NCBI GenBank assembly: GCA_963706325.1
Contig: CAVPLT010000004.1
Span: 32,001-96,000, forward strand
Source: an uncultured Nitrospiraceae bacterium
GTDB taxonomy: Bacteria; Nitrospirota; Nitrospiria; Nitrospirales; Nitrospiraceae
Length of the DNA stretch: 64,000 nucleotides
Direction of reading: 5' to 3'
Part shown: positions 55,187 through 64,000 of the stretch, piece by piece
Layout of the letters: the number at the start of each line of letters is the position of its first letter
Numbering within the stretch: the stretch's first letter is position 1
Translations under genes and position numbers: made by a program
Notes under the pieces: model-generated
What the model was told of the DNA's origin: nothing
Databases searched by the model: none
Seen by the model: the letters and a program-made list of their open reading frames with translations, nothing else

Positions 55187-55231
55187 TATTCGTATCTCCT
55201 TCGGACTGTTTGAACCCCTCATCGCACCCCG

Positions 55232-55269
55232 GTCCACTTTCTTGACAGGTGGACTATATCAACTATACT
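55232..55269 (+). promoter_or_regulatory. Promoter of HTH-pilMNOPQ with overlapping repeats
   Basis: TTGACA-N16-TATACT; GTCCAC-N11-GTGGAC straddles the -35. Confidence 0.6.
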
Positions 55270-55320
55270 TAATTTCGTGGGCTCGAATTGCGCGATCAAT
55301 AGCGGCGTTTGAGGCGGTGC

Positions 55321-55533
55321 GTGAAAAAAGTCAATGATGTTTCCAAGACGAAATTGTACAAGACCAACGAGGTCTGCGAGATGTTCGATATCTCGCGCGC
55401 CACGCTGTTTCGTTGGGAGCGAGAGGGGTTGATCTCCGGGCCGCCTCGGGATTGGCGGAACTGGCGGTGGTACACCACAGAAAATGTCGAGCAAATCAGG
55501 CAGGCAATGGAAGGTCGAAAAGAGGTTGCGTAG
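55321..55533 (+). CDS. Stand-alone MerR-type HTH protein (70 aa)
   Basis: YKTNEVCEMFDISRATLFRWEREGLI..P.RD..NWR.YT. Confidence 0.85.
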   Translation: MKKVNDVSKTKLYKTNEVCEMFDISRATLFRWEREGLISGPPRDWRNWRWYTTENVEQIRQAMEGRKEVA

Positions 55534-55545
55534 AGAGGGAACGAC

Positions 55546-56643
55546 ATGCTCGCTTCATTGAAGAATCTGACCAATCTGGACGTGCTTTCCATGTTTTCCC
55601 CGCAACGGCAACTGTTGGGCCTTGATATCGGGTCAAGCAGCATCAAGCTGGTCCAGATCAAGGAACACCGAGGGCGGTATACCTTGCAGAAGTTTGGCGT
55701 AAAGGAATTGGAGCCTGAAGTGATTGTAGATGGCACCGTCATGGACGAGGGACGAGTCGTCTCAGCCATCAAGGAATTGTTAAGTGAACACAATGTTAAA
55801 TTGAAGCAGGCAGCTATTTCCATTTCCGGTCATGCGGTCATTGTCAAAAAGATCAGTCTCCCGCCCATGCCTGATGAGGAACTCGACGGGCAGGTGAAGC
55901 TCTCGGCAGAGCAATATATTCCATTCGACATCAATGAAGTGAACCTCGACTTTCACGTATTGCCCCCGAACGAAAGTGCCGACGAGCAGGAAGAAATGTC
56001 TATCGTGTTGGTCGCGGCAAAAAAGGACAAGGTGAACGAATTAACCGAGCTGGTCAAGGCGGCTGGGTTGATTCCCATCGTGATGGATGTCGATGCCTTC
56101 GCTGTTGAAAATATGTACGGTGTGACCTCTCCTACCTCGCAAGACGACACGACGACTTTGGTGAACATCGGCGCCAGCGTGATGAATGTGAATATCGTTC
56201 GAGGGGGCGTGTCCTTGTTTACGCGCGACATACCCTTGGGAGGAAATCGGTACTCCGAAGCAGTCCAACGGGAGATGGGCGTGTCCTTCGAGGAAGCGGA
56301 AGAATTAAAGAAAAGCGACCGAGACGACGATCATACGCTTGCGGCCGTGATGGAGAGCGTCAACGCGGAGGTCGCGTCGGAGATTGCGCGCACCATCGAT
56401 TACTTCAAGACGACATCATCGGAAAGCGAGATTACGAAGGTGCTGCTGTGTGGGGGGGGGGCTAAGGTCAGGGGCTTAGCTCAACAGCTTCGCGATCGAA
56501 TGCACGTGGACGTGGAGATTGCGAATCCCTTTAACGAGATCGACACGTCCTCATGTGGTGTCGACCCCGATGTCCTGGTAGAGATGGGGCCGCTTGCGGC
56601 GGTGGGGGTAGGCCTCGCGCTTCGCACGGTGGGGGACCGATGA
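55546..56643 (+). CDS. pilM: Type IV pilus assembly protein PilM
   Basis: LGLDIGSSSIK, YIPFDI, LCGGGA, AVGVGLALR. Confidence 0.96.
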   Translation: MLASLKNLTNLDVLSMFSPQRQLLGLDIGSSSIKLVQIKEHRGRYTLQKFGVKELEPEVIVDGTVMDEGRVVSAIKELLSEHNVKLKQAAISISGHAVIVKKISLPPMPDEELDGQVKLSAEQYIPFDINEVNLDFHVLPPNESADEQEEMSIVLVAAKKDKVNELTELVKAAGLIPIVMDVDAFAVENMYGVTSPTSQDDTTTLVNIGASVMNVNIVRGGVSLFTRDIPLGGNRYSEAVQREMGVSFEEAEELKKSDRDDDHTLAAVMESVNAEVASEIARTIDYFKTTSSESEITKVLLCGGGAKVRGLAQQLRDRMHVDVEIANPFNEIDTSSCGVDPDVLVEMGPLAAVGVGLALRTVGDR

Positions 56644-57194
56644 TTAGAATCAACTTACTCGCAACTGGACCCAAGGCCAGAAAAGCTAAGCCGCAGTGGG
56701 ATGTTCGTGCGGAGGCGTTGTTGGGCGTGGGCGTACTCCTCATCACTCTCACCGGATGCTGGTATTACGCATCCTCGCTCGATGACGAAATCGAGGCGAA
56801 GCAAAACGAGAAGCAGGGCAAGGACGCACAAGTCGCGAAGCTGAAAGAGCAAGTAAAGTCGGTCGAAGACTTTGAAGCGAAGAAGAAACAGCTCGAAGCC
56901 AAGAATCGCATCATCGATGAATTGGAGAAGAGCCGAACCGGACCGGTGAAAGTGCTCGACCATGTCAGTCAGAGCCTGAATCCGCTCAAAGTCTGGCTTG
57001 TGCGAATGTCTCTGAAGGGCAACAACGTGGAACTTGAAGGGCGAGCCGTCACGAACGACGATGTCGTCGAGTTCATCAATAACCTTCGGCGTACCGAGCA
57101 GTTTGGCGCCATCAAACTGATGGAAAGCCGAGCCGGACAAGACAACAAGATGAATACCTACCAATTTAAACTTGACCTGTCGATGAAAGGCTAA
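56640..57194 (+). CDS. pilN: Type IV pilus assembly protein PilN
   Basis: MIRINLL motif, TM helix and coiled coil; ATGA overlap with pilM. Confidence 0.93.
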   Translation: MIRINLLATGPKARKAKPQWDVRAEALLGVGVLLITLTGCWYYASSLDDEIEAKQNEKQGKDAQVAKLKEQVKSVEDFEAKKKQLEAKNRIIDELEKSRTGPVKVLDHVSQSLNPLKVWLVRMSLKGNNVELEGRAVTNDDVVEFINNLRRTEQFGAIKLMESRAGQDNKMNTYQFKLDLSMKG

Positions 57195-57195
57195 C

Positions 57196-57819
57196 ATGAG
57201 CCTGAATGCCATCAGTCTAGACGGCCTACGTAATGTGCCCACGGGCCAAAAAATCGCACTCCTCGGATTGCTGGTGGCCGCGATTCTAGTTGGATTTTAT
57301 TTCTATGTGGTCGATCCTAAGAGCGCAGAATTGGTGACGGTTCAAGGGCAAGTGGCCCAATTAGATACGGAGATTCAGAATCTGACATTGAAGGTGAAGC
57401 ATCTCGACGAGCTCGTAGCGGCCAGTAAACAATTGGAGATCGAGTTGGCGGCCAAGAAAGAGCGCCTCCCGCCGGAAGAGGAAGCCGTGATGTTGCTCAA
57501 GCAGGTATCCGATCTGGGGCTTCGGTTGGGATTGGATGTTCGCCTATGGAAGCCGGGTGCCCAGGCCGAGGATCCCTCGAAATTATTCATCCGAATGCCC
57601 ATCAATGTAGAGGTGGCGGGCGGATACCATACGGCAGCCATCTTTTTCGACAGGATCAGCAAGCTATCACGCATCGTCACAGTCCAGGATGTGCGCATTG
57701 GGGCGCCCCGGGTAGATCAAGGACGCGTCGTCACGCAAACAGTGTTTGACTTGGTGGCCTATGCCGCCCCGCAGGAAAAGAAATTTGTCACGCCGGTGCC
57801 AGCGGCGAAGCCGAAGTGA
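57196..57819 (+). CDS. pilO: Type IV pilus assembly protein PilO
   Basis: TM, coiled coil, RLP, G.YH...FFD.I.KL.RIV. Confidence 0.93.
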   Translation: MSLNAISLDGLRNVPTGQKIALLGLLVAAILVGFYFYVVDPKSAELVTVQGQVAQLDTEIQNLTLKVKHLDELVAASKQLEIELAAKKERLPPEEEAVMLLKQVSDLGLRLGLDVRLWKPGAQAEDPSKLFIRMPINVEVAGGYHTAAIFFDRISKLSRIVTVQDVRIGAPRVDQGRVVTQTVFDLVAYAAPQEKKFVTPVPAAKPK

Positions 57820-57860
57820 AGCACAGAGTTCGGCTTACGTCCAACGCGAGGGGATGCATC

Positions 57861-58475
57861 GTGAAGATACGAATAGGGAGCAAAAAGTGGATGAGGGCGG
57901 CAAGCATTGGAGTGGTGGTGCTTGTGGTTGGCGCAGCAGCCTTGCCCGGCGAATCACGAAGCCTTCCCCATTTTCGGCAAGTTGCCTCCATGCGCCCGGC
58001 AGATTCGCTGAAGGTGCTGCCATTGCCTGAGGCACAGAAGTCAGTGCCGGTAGTCGAATCCCCGGCACCTCCCGTCGGCAATTCGATTTCACCACCGGGG
58101 GATTCGTTGTCGCTCGAGTTTTCCGGAGCGTCGTATGACCCATCCGGTCGTCGAGATCCCTTCTTGCCCATGTTTCAGCTTGGTCAGCAAGTTGAGCCGG
58201 ATTCCAGTCTTCCACCCCTTCAACGTGTCGGTCTTACGGAATTAAGTTTAATCGGTGTGCTTTGGGGAAACTATGGTTATACCGCCATGGTCCAAACTCC
58301 CGACGGCAAAGGGTACAGTATTCGCCGTGGAACTAGGATCGGGCCCAATAATGGTGTGGTCAGTTCAATCACCGAACGAGGCATCATCGTTCAAGAGCGG
58401 TTCACGGACGTGTATGGGAACAAACAGGAGCGGGAATATGTCAAGCTCCTGCACCCAAAAGAGGGCACAGAATGA
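57861..58475 (+). CDS. pilP: Type IV pilus assembly protein PilP (start uncertain)
   Basis: YDPSGRRDPF, PLQR, AMV..PDGKGY.I..G..IG.N.G. Confidence 0.9.
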   Translation: MKIRIGSKKWMRAASIGVVVLVVGAAALPGESRSLPHFRQVASMRPADSLKVLPLPEAQKSVPVVESPAPPVGNSISPPGDSLSLEFSGASYDPSGRRDPFLPMFQLGQQVEPDSSLPPLQRVGLTELSLIGVLWGNYGYTAMVQTPDGKGYSIRRGTRIGPNNGVVSSITERGIIVQERFTDVYGNKQEREYVKLLHPKEGTE

Positions 58476-60463
58476 AACAAACACAGGTAGGTGTTCATCC
58501 GCTGCTGAGTATGACTGTGATAGCCGGCTTGTTGGGAGTTGCCGGATATGGGCAGGCCGCCGCGCCAGGTGAGACAATTGGACTTCCCGGATTCACTCAG
58601 ACGGTCGACCAGGGAGCGACGAATCCATCAACAGGCACTGTACTTGGCACAGAGCGCGCGGCGGTCACTAGTGCGGCGGCGACCGTGCTCACGAAGGTCG
58701 AAGCCAAGCCGGAAGGAGACCGGATGGCATTGGTGTTGACGGGTAACGGCGTGATTTCGCATACGGTAAAAGTGATAGGTGATCGGCGCATGGTCCTCGA
58801 CATGCCACGTATTCAGTCGGAGGGGCACCAGTCTCAATTAAGCGTCAAGCATCCGCTGTTGTCGCGAGTTCGCTTTGGGTACCACCCGGATAAGGTTCGA
58901 TTGGTGCTTGATTTGACGCAGTCCGTTGCCCACACCATCGATTCGATCGATGGCCGCCTGATTCTGACTCTGGCGCCGAAGGTCGTGGTCCCGATGAGTG
59001 AGATGAAGGCTCCGGACAGCGAGGCGTCATCATCCGAGACACAGATGGCGTACGTAACGGCGCCGGACGAGCGGCGCTCTGCGGCCCGCTTCACGCTGGT
59101 TGCTCACAGGTCACCCAAGGCTTTGTTGCATATCCAGCCGGTTCAACTAAACGCTGAGTCGTTTCAGAAAGAGGAAAAGAAGACGGATGCGAACAATGAA
59201 GTGGTGAACGGCCCCTCACGGTTTATCGGGCGGCGCATTTCACTCGATTTCCAACAAGCCGACATCAGCAACGTGCTCCGGTTGATCGCCGAGGTCAGCG
59301 GGTTCAATATTGTGGTCGGCGAAGGTGTCAAAAACAAAGTCACCATGAAGTTGGCCAATGTGCCGTGGGACCAGGCGCTCGAAATGCTCCTCAAGATGAA
59401 TGCGCTGGGCATGATTCGGCAAGGGAATATTGTTTGGGTGGATACGCTGCAAAACATCGCCAAGCAGCAAGACGAAGAGGCGCGCGCCAAAGACTCTAAG
59501 GCGAAGGCTGAGCCGATAGTCACGCGAGTATTCTATATCCGCAATCTCAACGCGCTGGAAGTGCAAACGTCGCTTCGGCAAAATCTGAGTCCGCGCGGGA
59601 CCATGACGGTCAGCGCGGCGAGTAATGCCCTCATCATCAGCGATACGGAGTCGAAGCTGGAAGTGCTGCGACAGTTGCTTGATGGCGTGGATCTTGAGGT
59701 CCCGCAGGTGCAGATCGAAGCACGCATCGTCCAGGCGGATACGACCTATACGCGTTCGCTGGGTGTACAGTGGGGAATCGCAAACGTCAATAATATGGGG
59801 TCGAACGGAACTGCCGCCTTCAGGACCGGCACCACCGGGGCGTTCGGTGCGCAGCTCTCGGACTTCCTGATCAACCTACCGGCCAATCCCGGATTGCCTT
59901 CAGTACCGGGTGCCGGATTCTCGATTGGAAAAGCCGATGGCGCGCAGTTGGACCTCCGGCTGTCGGCCGGTGAATTGCTGGGATTAACCAAGGTCATTGC
60001 GGCGCCGAAAATAACTACCCTGGATAAAAGAGATGCCAAGATTGCGCAGGGAGAGTCGATCCCCTTCCAGACCACTTCCTTACAAGGAACGCAGACCACG
60101 TTTGTGGATGCGAACTTGGAGTTGAACGTGACACCACAAATCACGTCTCGCGATCCGAAGGAGATCGGGAAGCAGATTCTCATGAAAGTGCGGGCAACCA
60201 GAAACGCAGTCGGCGCGCGGAGCAACCCTGCCGGTCCGAGCATCGATCGCCGCGAAGCGACGACGCAGGTGCTGGTGCGTGACGGAGAAACCATGGTCCT
60301 CGGCGGTGTCTTCGTCGATACTCAATCGAACAACGTGGCCGGTATTCCTTATCTGTCGCGCATCCCGGTCCTGGGATGGCTCTTCAAGAACAAGACCGAG
60401 AACGTCTCGAAGCAGGAACTGTTGATCTTCCTGACGCCGACGATCGTTCGATCCACAACTTGA
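58472..60463 (+). CDS. pilQ: Type IV pilus secretin PilQ with AMIN-like domain
   Basis: ISLDFQ.AD, VPWDQAL, QVQIEARIV, IP.LSRIP.LGWLFK, ELLIFLTP.I. Confidence 0.96.
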   Translation: MKQTQVGVHPLLSMTVIAGLLGVAGYGQAAAPGETIGLPGFTQTVDQGATNPSTGTVLGTERAAVTSAAATVLTKVEAKPEGDRMALVLTGNGVISHTVKVIGDRRMVLDMPRIQSEGHQSQLSVKHPLLSRVRFGYHPDKVRLVLDLTQSVAHTIDSIDGRLILTLAPKVVVPMSEMKAPDSEASSSETQMAYVTAPDERRSAARFTLVAHRSPKALLHIQPVQLNAESFQKEEKKTDANNEVVNGPSRFIGRRISLDFQQADISNVLRLIAEVSGFNIVVGEGVKNKVTMKLANVPWDQALEMLLKMNALGMIRQGNIVWVDTLQNIAKQQDEEARAKDSKAKAEPIVTRVFYIRNLNALEVQTSLRQNLSPRGTMTVSAASNALIISDTESKLEVLRQLLDGVDLEVPQVQIEARIVQADTTYTRSLGVQWGIANVNNMGSNGTAAFRTGTTGAFGAQLSDFLINLPANPGLPSVPGAGFSIGKADGAQLDLRLSAGELLGLTKVIAAPKITTLDKRDAKIAQGESIPFQTTSLQGTQTTFVDANLELNVTPQITSRDPKEIGKQILMKVRATRNAVGARSNPAGPSIDRREATTQVLVRDGETMVLGGVFVDTQSNNVAGIPYLSRIPVLGWLFKNKTENVSKQELLIFLTPTIVRSTT

Positions 60464-60488
60464 CAGGTCCCGCTCGACCAGCTAATAA

Positions 60489-60529
60489 TCGCCTCCATTG
60501 ACGATGGTGCGCTGTCTCAATGGGGGCGA
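60489..60529 (+). terminator. Hairpin downstream of pilQ
   Basis: TCGCCTCCATTGA / TCAATGGGGGCGA stem. Confidence 0.55.
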
Positions 60530-60843
60530 ATCCTGCGGAACGTGTCTCCTCGTCGTGTTAGAAGGCGCTCCTTCCGGGCTTTCACTCCCTAGAGTTGACC
60601 ACATTTAGATTTAAAGCCGCCTGGCTAGACGTGGCGAACGTTTGTGCGCCGACGCACTCAGGCACCACCCTCCTCTGAGCGCATCAGAGCGGCCTGTGTC
60701 GATAGTGGGGGCGACGGCCGGGTGACCCACGGACCGGTTCAGGCCACCTCCATGGGTGATGGGTGGCCACATGTGCGCCGTGAACACTCTTCCTGTTCCC
60801 TTGCGTGAAGACGGACTATGGCCGACCTTCTCTTGCATCCCGT

Positions 60844-62001
60844 ATGACAGCCGCTTCTACAGACATGTCTCAACAAACGATTCAGGTAGAACTTGGAACC
60901 AGGAGTTACGCCATCCTCATTCGCTCCAACCTGTTGGACTCCATCGGAGAAGAACTGACGCGACTAGGATGTTCAGGCAAGGTTGGAGTGGTCACCGACA
61001 GAAATCTCGCCGCGCGGTATCTCAAACGGGTGACTCGTGTCCTGCAGAGGGCTGGATATACGGTCGTCCCGATTGTTCTAGTTCCTGGGGAGCGGACGAA
61101 AACGCTTCATTCGATTAGTACGATCATGAATGCATTGGTGGACGCCAAGTTCGAACGCGCATCGACGTTGCTAGCGCTGGGCGGTGGTGTCATCGGTGAT
61201 CTGACGGGATTTGCGGCGGCGATTTACCAGCGTGGCATTCCCTTCGTGCAGGTTCCTACCAGCTTGGTGGCGCAGGTCGATTCCAGTGTCGGCGGGAAGA
61301 CGGGTGTTGATCATCCAAAGGGAAAGAATCTCATCGGCGCATTCAATCAACCCCGAGCCGTTCTGATCGATCCGGCAACGCTGACGACACTTCCGGTTCG
61401 TGAATGGAAGGCGGGGCTTGGAGAGGTGATCAAATACGGGGTGATCGCAGACGAGACGTTCTTTGAATATGTGGAACGACACATTGAGTCTATTCTTAAG
61501 CTGGATGATGCCCCAGTCGCGCAAATTGTAAAGCGGTCGTGTGAAATCAAGGCCCAGGTCGTCTCCGAGGATGAGCGTGAAGCGGATCGGCGTCGAATTT
61601 TAAATTTTGGTCACACGATCGGCCATGCGCTGGAATCGTTGGGGGGATACCGTGGGTTGATTCACGGTGAAGCCGTGGCGATCGGGATGATATATGAAGC
61701 CGATATGGCGAGGCATCTCGGACTGTGTGATGAAGCGGTTGTCGCCCGGATCAGGGCATTGGTCAGGGCGGCTGGATTGCCGTTCTGCCTGCCACGCGTC
61801 ACGTTCAGCGCACTCTGGCGCGCCATGCAACAGGACAAAAAAGTGTCTGCGGGGACTATCTACTGCGTGGTGCCCGAACGAATCGGGTCGGTACGCATCA
61901 TTCCCTTGGAGAAGGACACAATCCGCGAATGGTTTGATGCACTGAGGGCGCGTAAAGCGCAGAGCGAGAAAGTCGTCGCCTCCACACAAGGGGCACGGTA
62001 G
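60844..62001 (+). CDS. aroB: 3-dehydroquinate synthase (start 60844 or 60865)
   Basis: ALGGGVIGDL.GFAA, QVDSSVGGKTG, LNFGHTIGHA.E, HGEAVAIG. Confidence 0.97.
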   Translation: MTAASTDMSQQTIQVELGTRSYAILIRSNLLDSIGEELTRLGCSGKVGVVTDRNLAARYLKRVTRVLQRAGYTVVPIVLVPGERTKTLHSISTIMNALVDAKFERASTLLALGGGVIGDLTGFAAAIYQRGIPFVQVPTSLVAQVDSSVGGKTGVDHPKGKNLIGAFNQPRAVLIDPATLTTLPVREWKAGLGEVIKYGVIADETFFEYVERHIESILKLDDAPVAQIVKRSCEIKAQVVSEDEREADRRRILNFGHTIGHALESLGGYRGLIHGEAVAIGMIYEADMARHLGLCDEAVVARIRALVRAAGLPFCLPRVTFSALWRAMQQDKKVSAGTIYCVVPERIGSVRIIPLEKDTIREWFDALRARKAQSEKVVASTQGAR

Positions 62002-62007
62002 GAGGGT

Positions 62008-63267
62008 ATGGCAGCCAAGCGGACGGTCACTCAATTGGAACAGGCCTTGCGCGAAAAAACACGCGAAGTGGATGTCCTGCATCGTATCAGCGAGTCGATC
62101 AACAATACCCTCGACCTTGAGTCGGTGCTTCGGCATATCGTCGATATGGTCGTAGAAGTGACCAAGGCCGATGCCTGCCTGCTTTATCTGATCTCCGACG
62201 GCAGGGACGAACTCATGCTACGAGCCTCGAAAAATCCCCATCCTAAATTGATCGGACGCATCACCATTGGGCTGGGCGAGGGGATCACCGGCTGGGTGGC
62301 CAGAGAACGGACTCGTGTGGTGATCCCGAATAACGCCAGCGATGATTCTCGGTTCAAGTTCTTTCACAACCTTCCGGAGGATCGCTACCAGGCCTTTGTC
62401 TCGGTGCCTATCACGACCAAGCTGGAGGTCGTCGGAGTCATCAATGTGCAGCACAAACGGTCGCGACGGTATCGGCCTGACGAGTTGGCATTACTCTCGA
62501 CGATCGCCACGCAGGTGGGCGGGGCCATCGAAAACGCCCGACTCTATGATCAGATGACACGCAAGGCTCTCCAGCTCGACACACTCTCACAGGTGTCGGA
62601 AACCGTGTCGTCAAACCGATTGATTGAGGATGTGTTGCAACTCATCGTCACGATGACGGCGCAAATGATGGGGTCGAAGATTTGTTCCATTATCTTGTTG
62701 GATCAGGCGACAGGCGAACTGCGAATCGCCGCCACGCAAAGTTTAAGCGAGCAGTATCGCCGCAAGCCCAATGTCAAGATCGGTCAAAGTATCAGCGGGC
62801 GGGCCGTTCAAGATCGTCGTCCGATCATCGTGCCCGACGTCACCAAAGAAAGCGCATATATGTACCCGGATATGGCGACAAAAGAAGGGCTGTGTTCGCT
62901 CCTGTGTGTGCCGATGCTGGTTCGGGAGAAAGGTATCGGGGTCATCAATACCTACACCTCTAAGCCGCATACCTTTACGGCCGAGGACGTCAAGCTCATG
63001 CAGGCCATCGCCAATCAGGCTGCAATTTCTATCGAGCATACGACGTTGCTTGAGAAGTCGTTTGAGATGCAAGAGGCGTTACAAGTCCGCAAGCTGCTCG
63101 ACCGGGCTAAAGGATACCTCATGCGGGCGAAGAGGTTGTCGGAGGAGGAGGCATTCAAGCTGATTCAGCGACAAAGCATGGACCTTCGCAAGTCCATGCG
63201 AGAAATTGCGGAAGCCATTTTGCTGGCAGGTGAAATTGAAGAGCGGGCCGACAGAAATAGAGGCTAG
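62008..63267 (+). CDS. GAF-GAF-ANTAR RNA-binding regulator
   Basis: Two GAF domains (GEGITGWVA; GQSISG.AV) and C-terminal ANTAR RKLLDRAKGYLM..LSEEEAF..IQRQSM. Confidence 0.9.
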   Translation: MAAKRTVTQLEQALREKTREVDVLHRISESINNTLDLESVLRHIVDMVVEVTKADACLLYLISDGRDELMLRASKNPHPKLIGRITIGLGEGITGWVARERTRVVIPNNASDDSRFKFFHNLPEDRYQAFVSVPITTKLEVVGVINVQHKRSRRYRPDELALLSTIATQVGGAIENARLYDQMTRKALQLDTLSQVSETVSSNRLIEDVLQLIVTMTAQMMGSKICSIILLDQATGELRIAATQSLSEQYRRKPNVKIGQSISGRAVQDRRPIIVPDVTKESAYMYPDMATKEGLCSLLCVPMLVREKGIGVINTYTSKPHTFTAEDVKLMQAIANQAAISIEHTTLLEKSFEMQEALQVRKLLDRAKGYLMRAKRLSEEEAFKLIQRQSMDLRKSMREIAEAILLAGEIEERADRNRG

Positions 63268-63271
63268 CCTG

Positions 63272-64000
63272 TTATTGAGGGCGTTCTGCTGGCCGCGCGG
63301 GAGGAGATGGTTTGGCGGGCGCGCTGCTTGGTTCGGTTTGATGCTCCCTCAGTTGCCGTCTCATATCTTGAAGTTCCTTTCGAAGTTCCTCGACCTCTGA
63401 ATCCTTCTTCTTCAAATCTTCCCGAATGTCCCGAAGGTCGGTCTCTGCCTCCGTTGGGTGAGCGAGCGGCCCCGCGGGCAATGCCTGTGTCTTCACGGCG
63501 GGCGGACTTGTGACGGCAATCGTCGGCGACGGTGGGGGCAGTCGTGCGAGGAGGTCATAATCGATGATCAGGACATTTGCCGGGTCTTCCGCAAATGTTG
63601 GTGCAAATTGATCGGAACGTAGGGCTTCCTCGGGCACGAACAATACCCGGCGATTTAGGAGGCCATGGGAAGTGGGCGTGCGGCGATTGGGCATGTTCAC
63701 GGTTTCCGGATCATCTCGCCGTTGACGGTACTCGGTCAAATAGACATAGAGTGAACGTCCGTACGCCAATACCCGGCCGCTCGTGATTTCTGGAAATGCA
63801 TGCCCAAGTGGAGGCTCCGAGGAGCCGACCGCTGCACCAACGCGTTCTCGATATCTCCCGTCATTAGTCTGTATCAGGCGAAACCCTACCTGTTGATCGG
63901 ACGCCGCCTGTTTCAAACCCTCTGCAATAGCAGGAGCCAGAAAAGCGATTTCGGTTCCTGAAAACACGGGGACGGTCGGCGTTTCGCTGGCGGTCAAGGC
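63272..64000 (-). CDS. Hypothetical protein with Pro-rich linker and C-terminal coiled coil; start probably outside the window
   Basis: Frame open to the window end; stop convergent with the ANTAR gene. Confidence 0.7.
   Translation of the reverse strand, partial: ALTASETPTVPVFSGTEIAFLAPAIAEGLKQAASDQQVGFRLIQTNDGRYRERVGAAVGSSEPPLGHAFPEITSGRVLAYGRSLYVYLTEYRQRRDDPETVNMPNRRTPTSHGLLNRRVLFVPEEALRSDQFAPTFAEDPANVLIIDYDLLARLPPPSPTIAVTSPPAVKTQALPAGPLAHPTEAETDLRDIREDLKKKDSEVEELRKELQDMRRQLREHQTEPSSAPAKPSPPARPAERPQ

Noticed and set aside
60621..60650. Possible sigma-54 promoter (TGGCGAACGTTTGTGC) or ANTAR dual hairpin upstream of aroB
   Set aside because: GG-to-GC spacing is 11 rather than 10; the candidate hexaloop stems are weak and only one loop fits AxxG.
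1..64000. CRISPR arrays, IS elements, prophage, rRNA
   Set aside because: No regularly spaced repeats, transposase/integrase ORFs or rRNA motifs seen.

Overview
Core-genome window from a fairly GC-rich bacterium. Gene content and protein style suggest Nitrospira/Nitrospirota; this is an inference, not a database result. Left (1-16 kb): a GldA/F/G-type ABC operon with a DUF4340-like gene, exported proteins and RlpA, a small very basic protein, two HEAT-repeat proteins, glgP, a UvrD/PcrA helicase and a HEXXH protein. Middle (16-50 kb): an unbroken translation/transcription super-cluster (tRNA-Tyr/Gly/Thr, tuf, rpmG, tRNA-Trp, secE, nusG, rplK, rplA, rplJ-rplL, rpoB, rpoC, rpsL, rpsG, fusA, tuf, then the S10, spc and alpha operons). 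Right (50-64 kb): lptCAB-rpoN-hpf-rapZ, a short MerR-type HTH gene, pilMNOPQ, aroB and a GAF-GAF-ANTAR gene. The most striking observation is that rplJ has no stop codon and reads in frame into rplL, while rplL keeps its own strong Shine-Dalgarno and ATG inside the ORF. This predicts a covalent L10-L12 fusion plus free L12 from one nested gene. Both EF-Tu copies also carry a non-canonical, extended switch-I region lacking RGITI. No mobile elements, rRNA or CRISPR arrays were seen.
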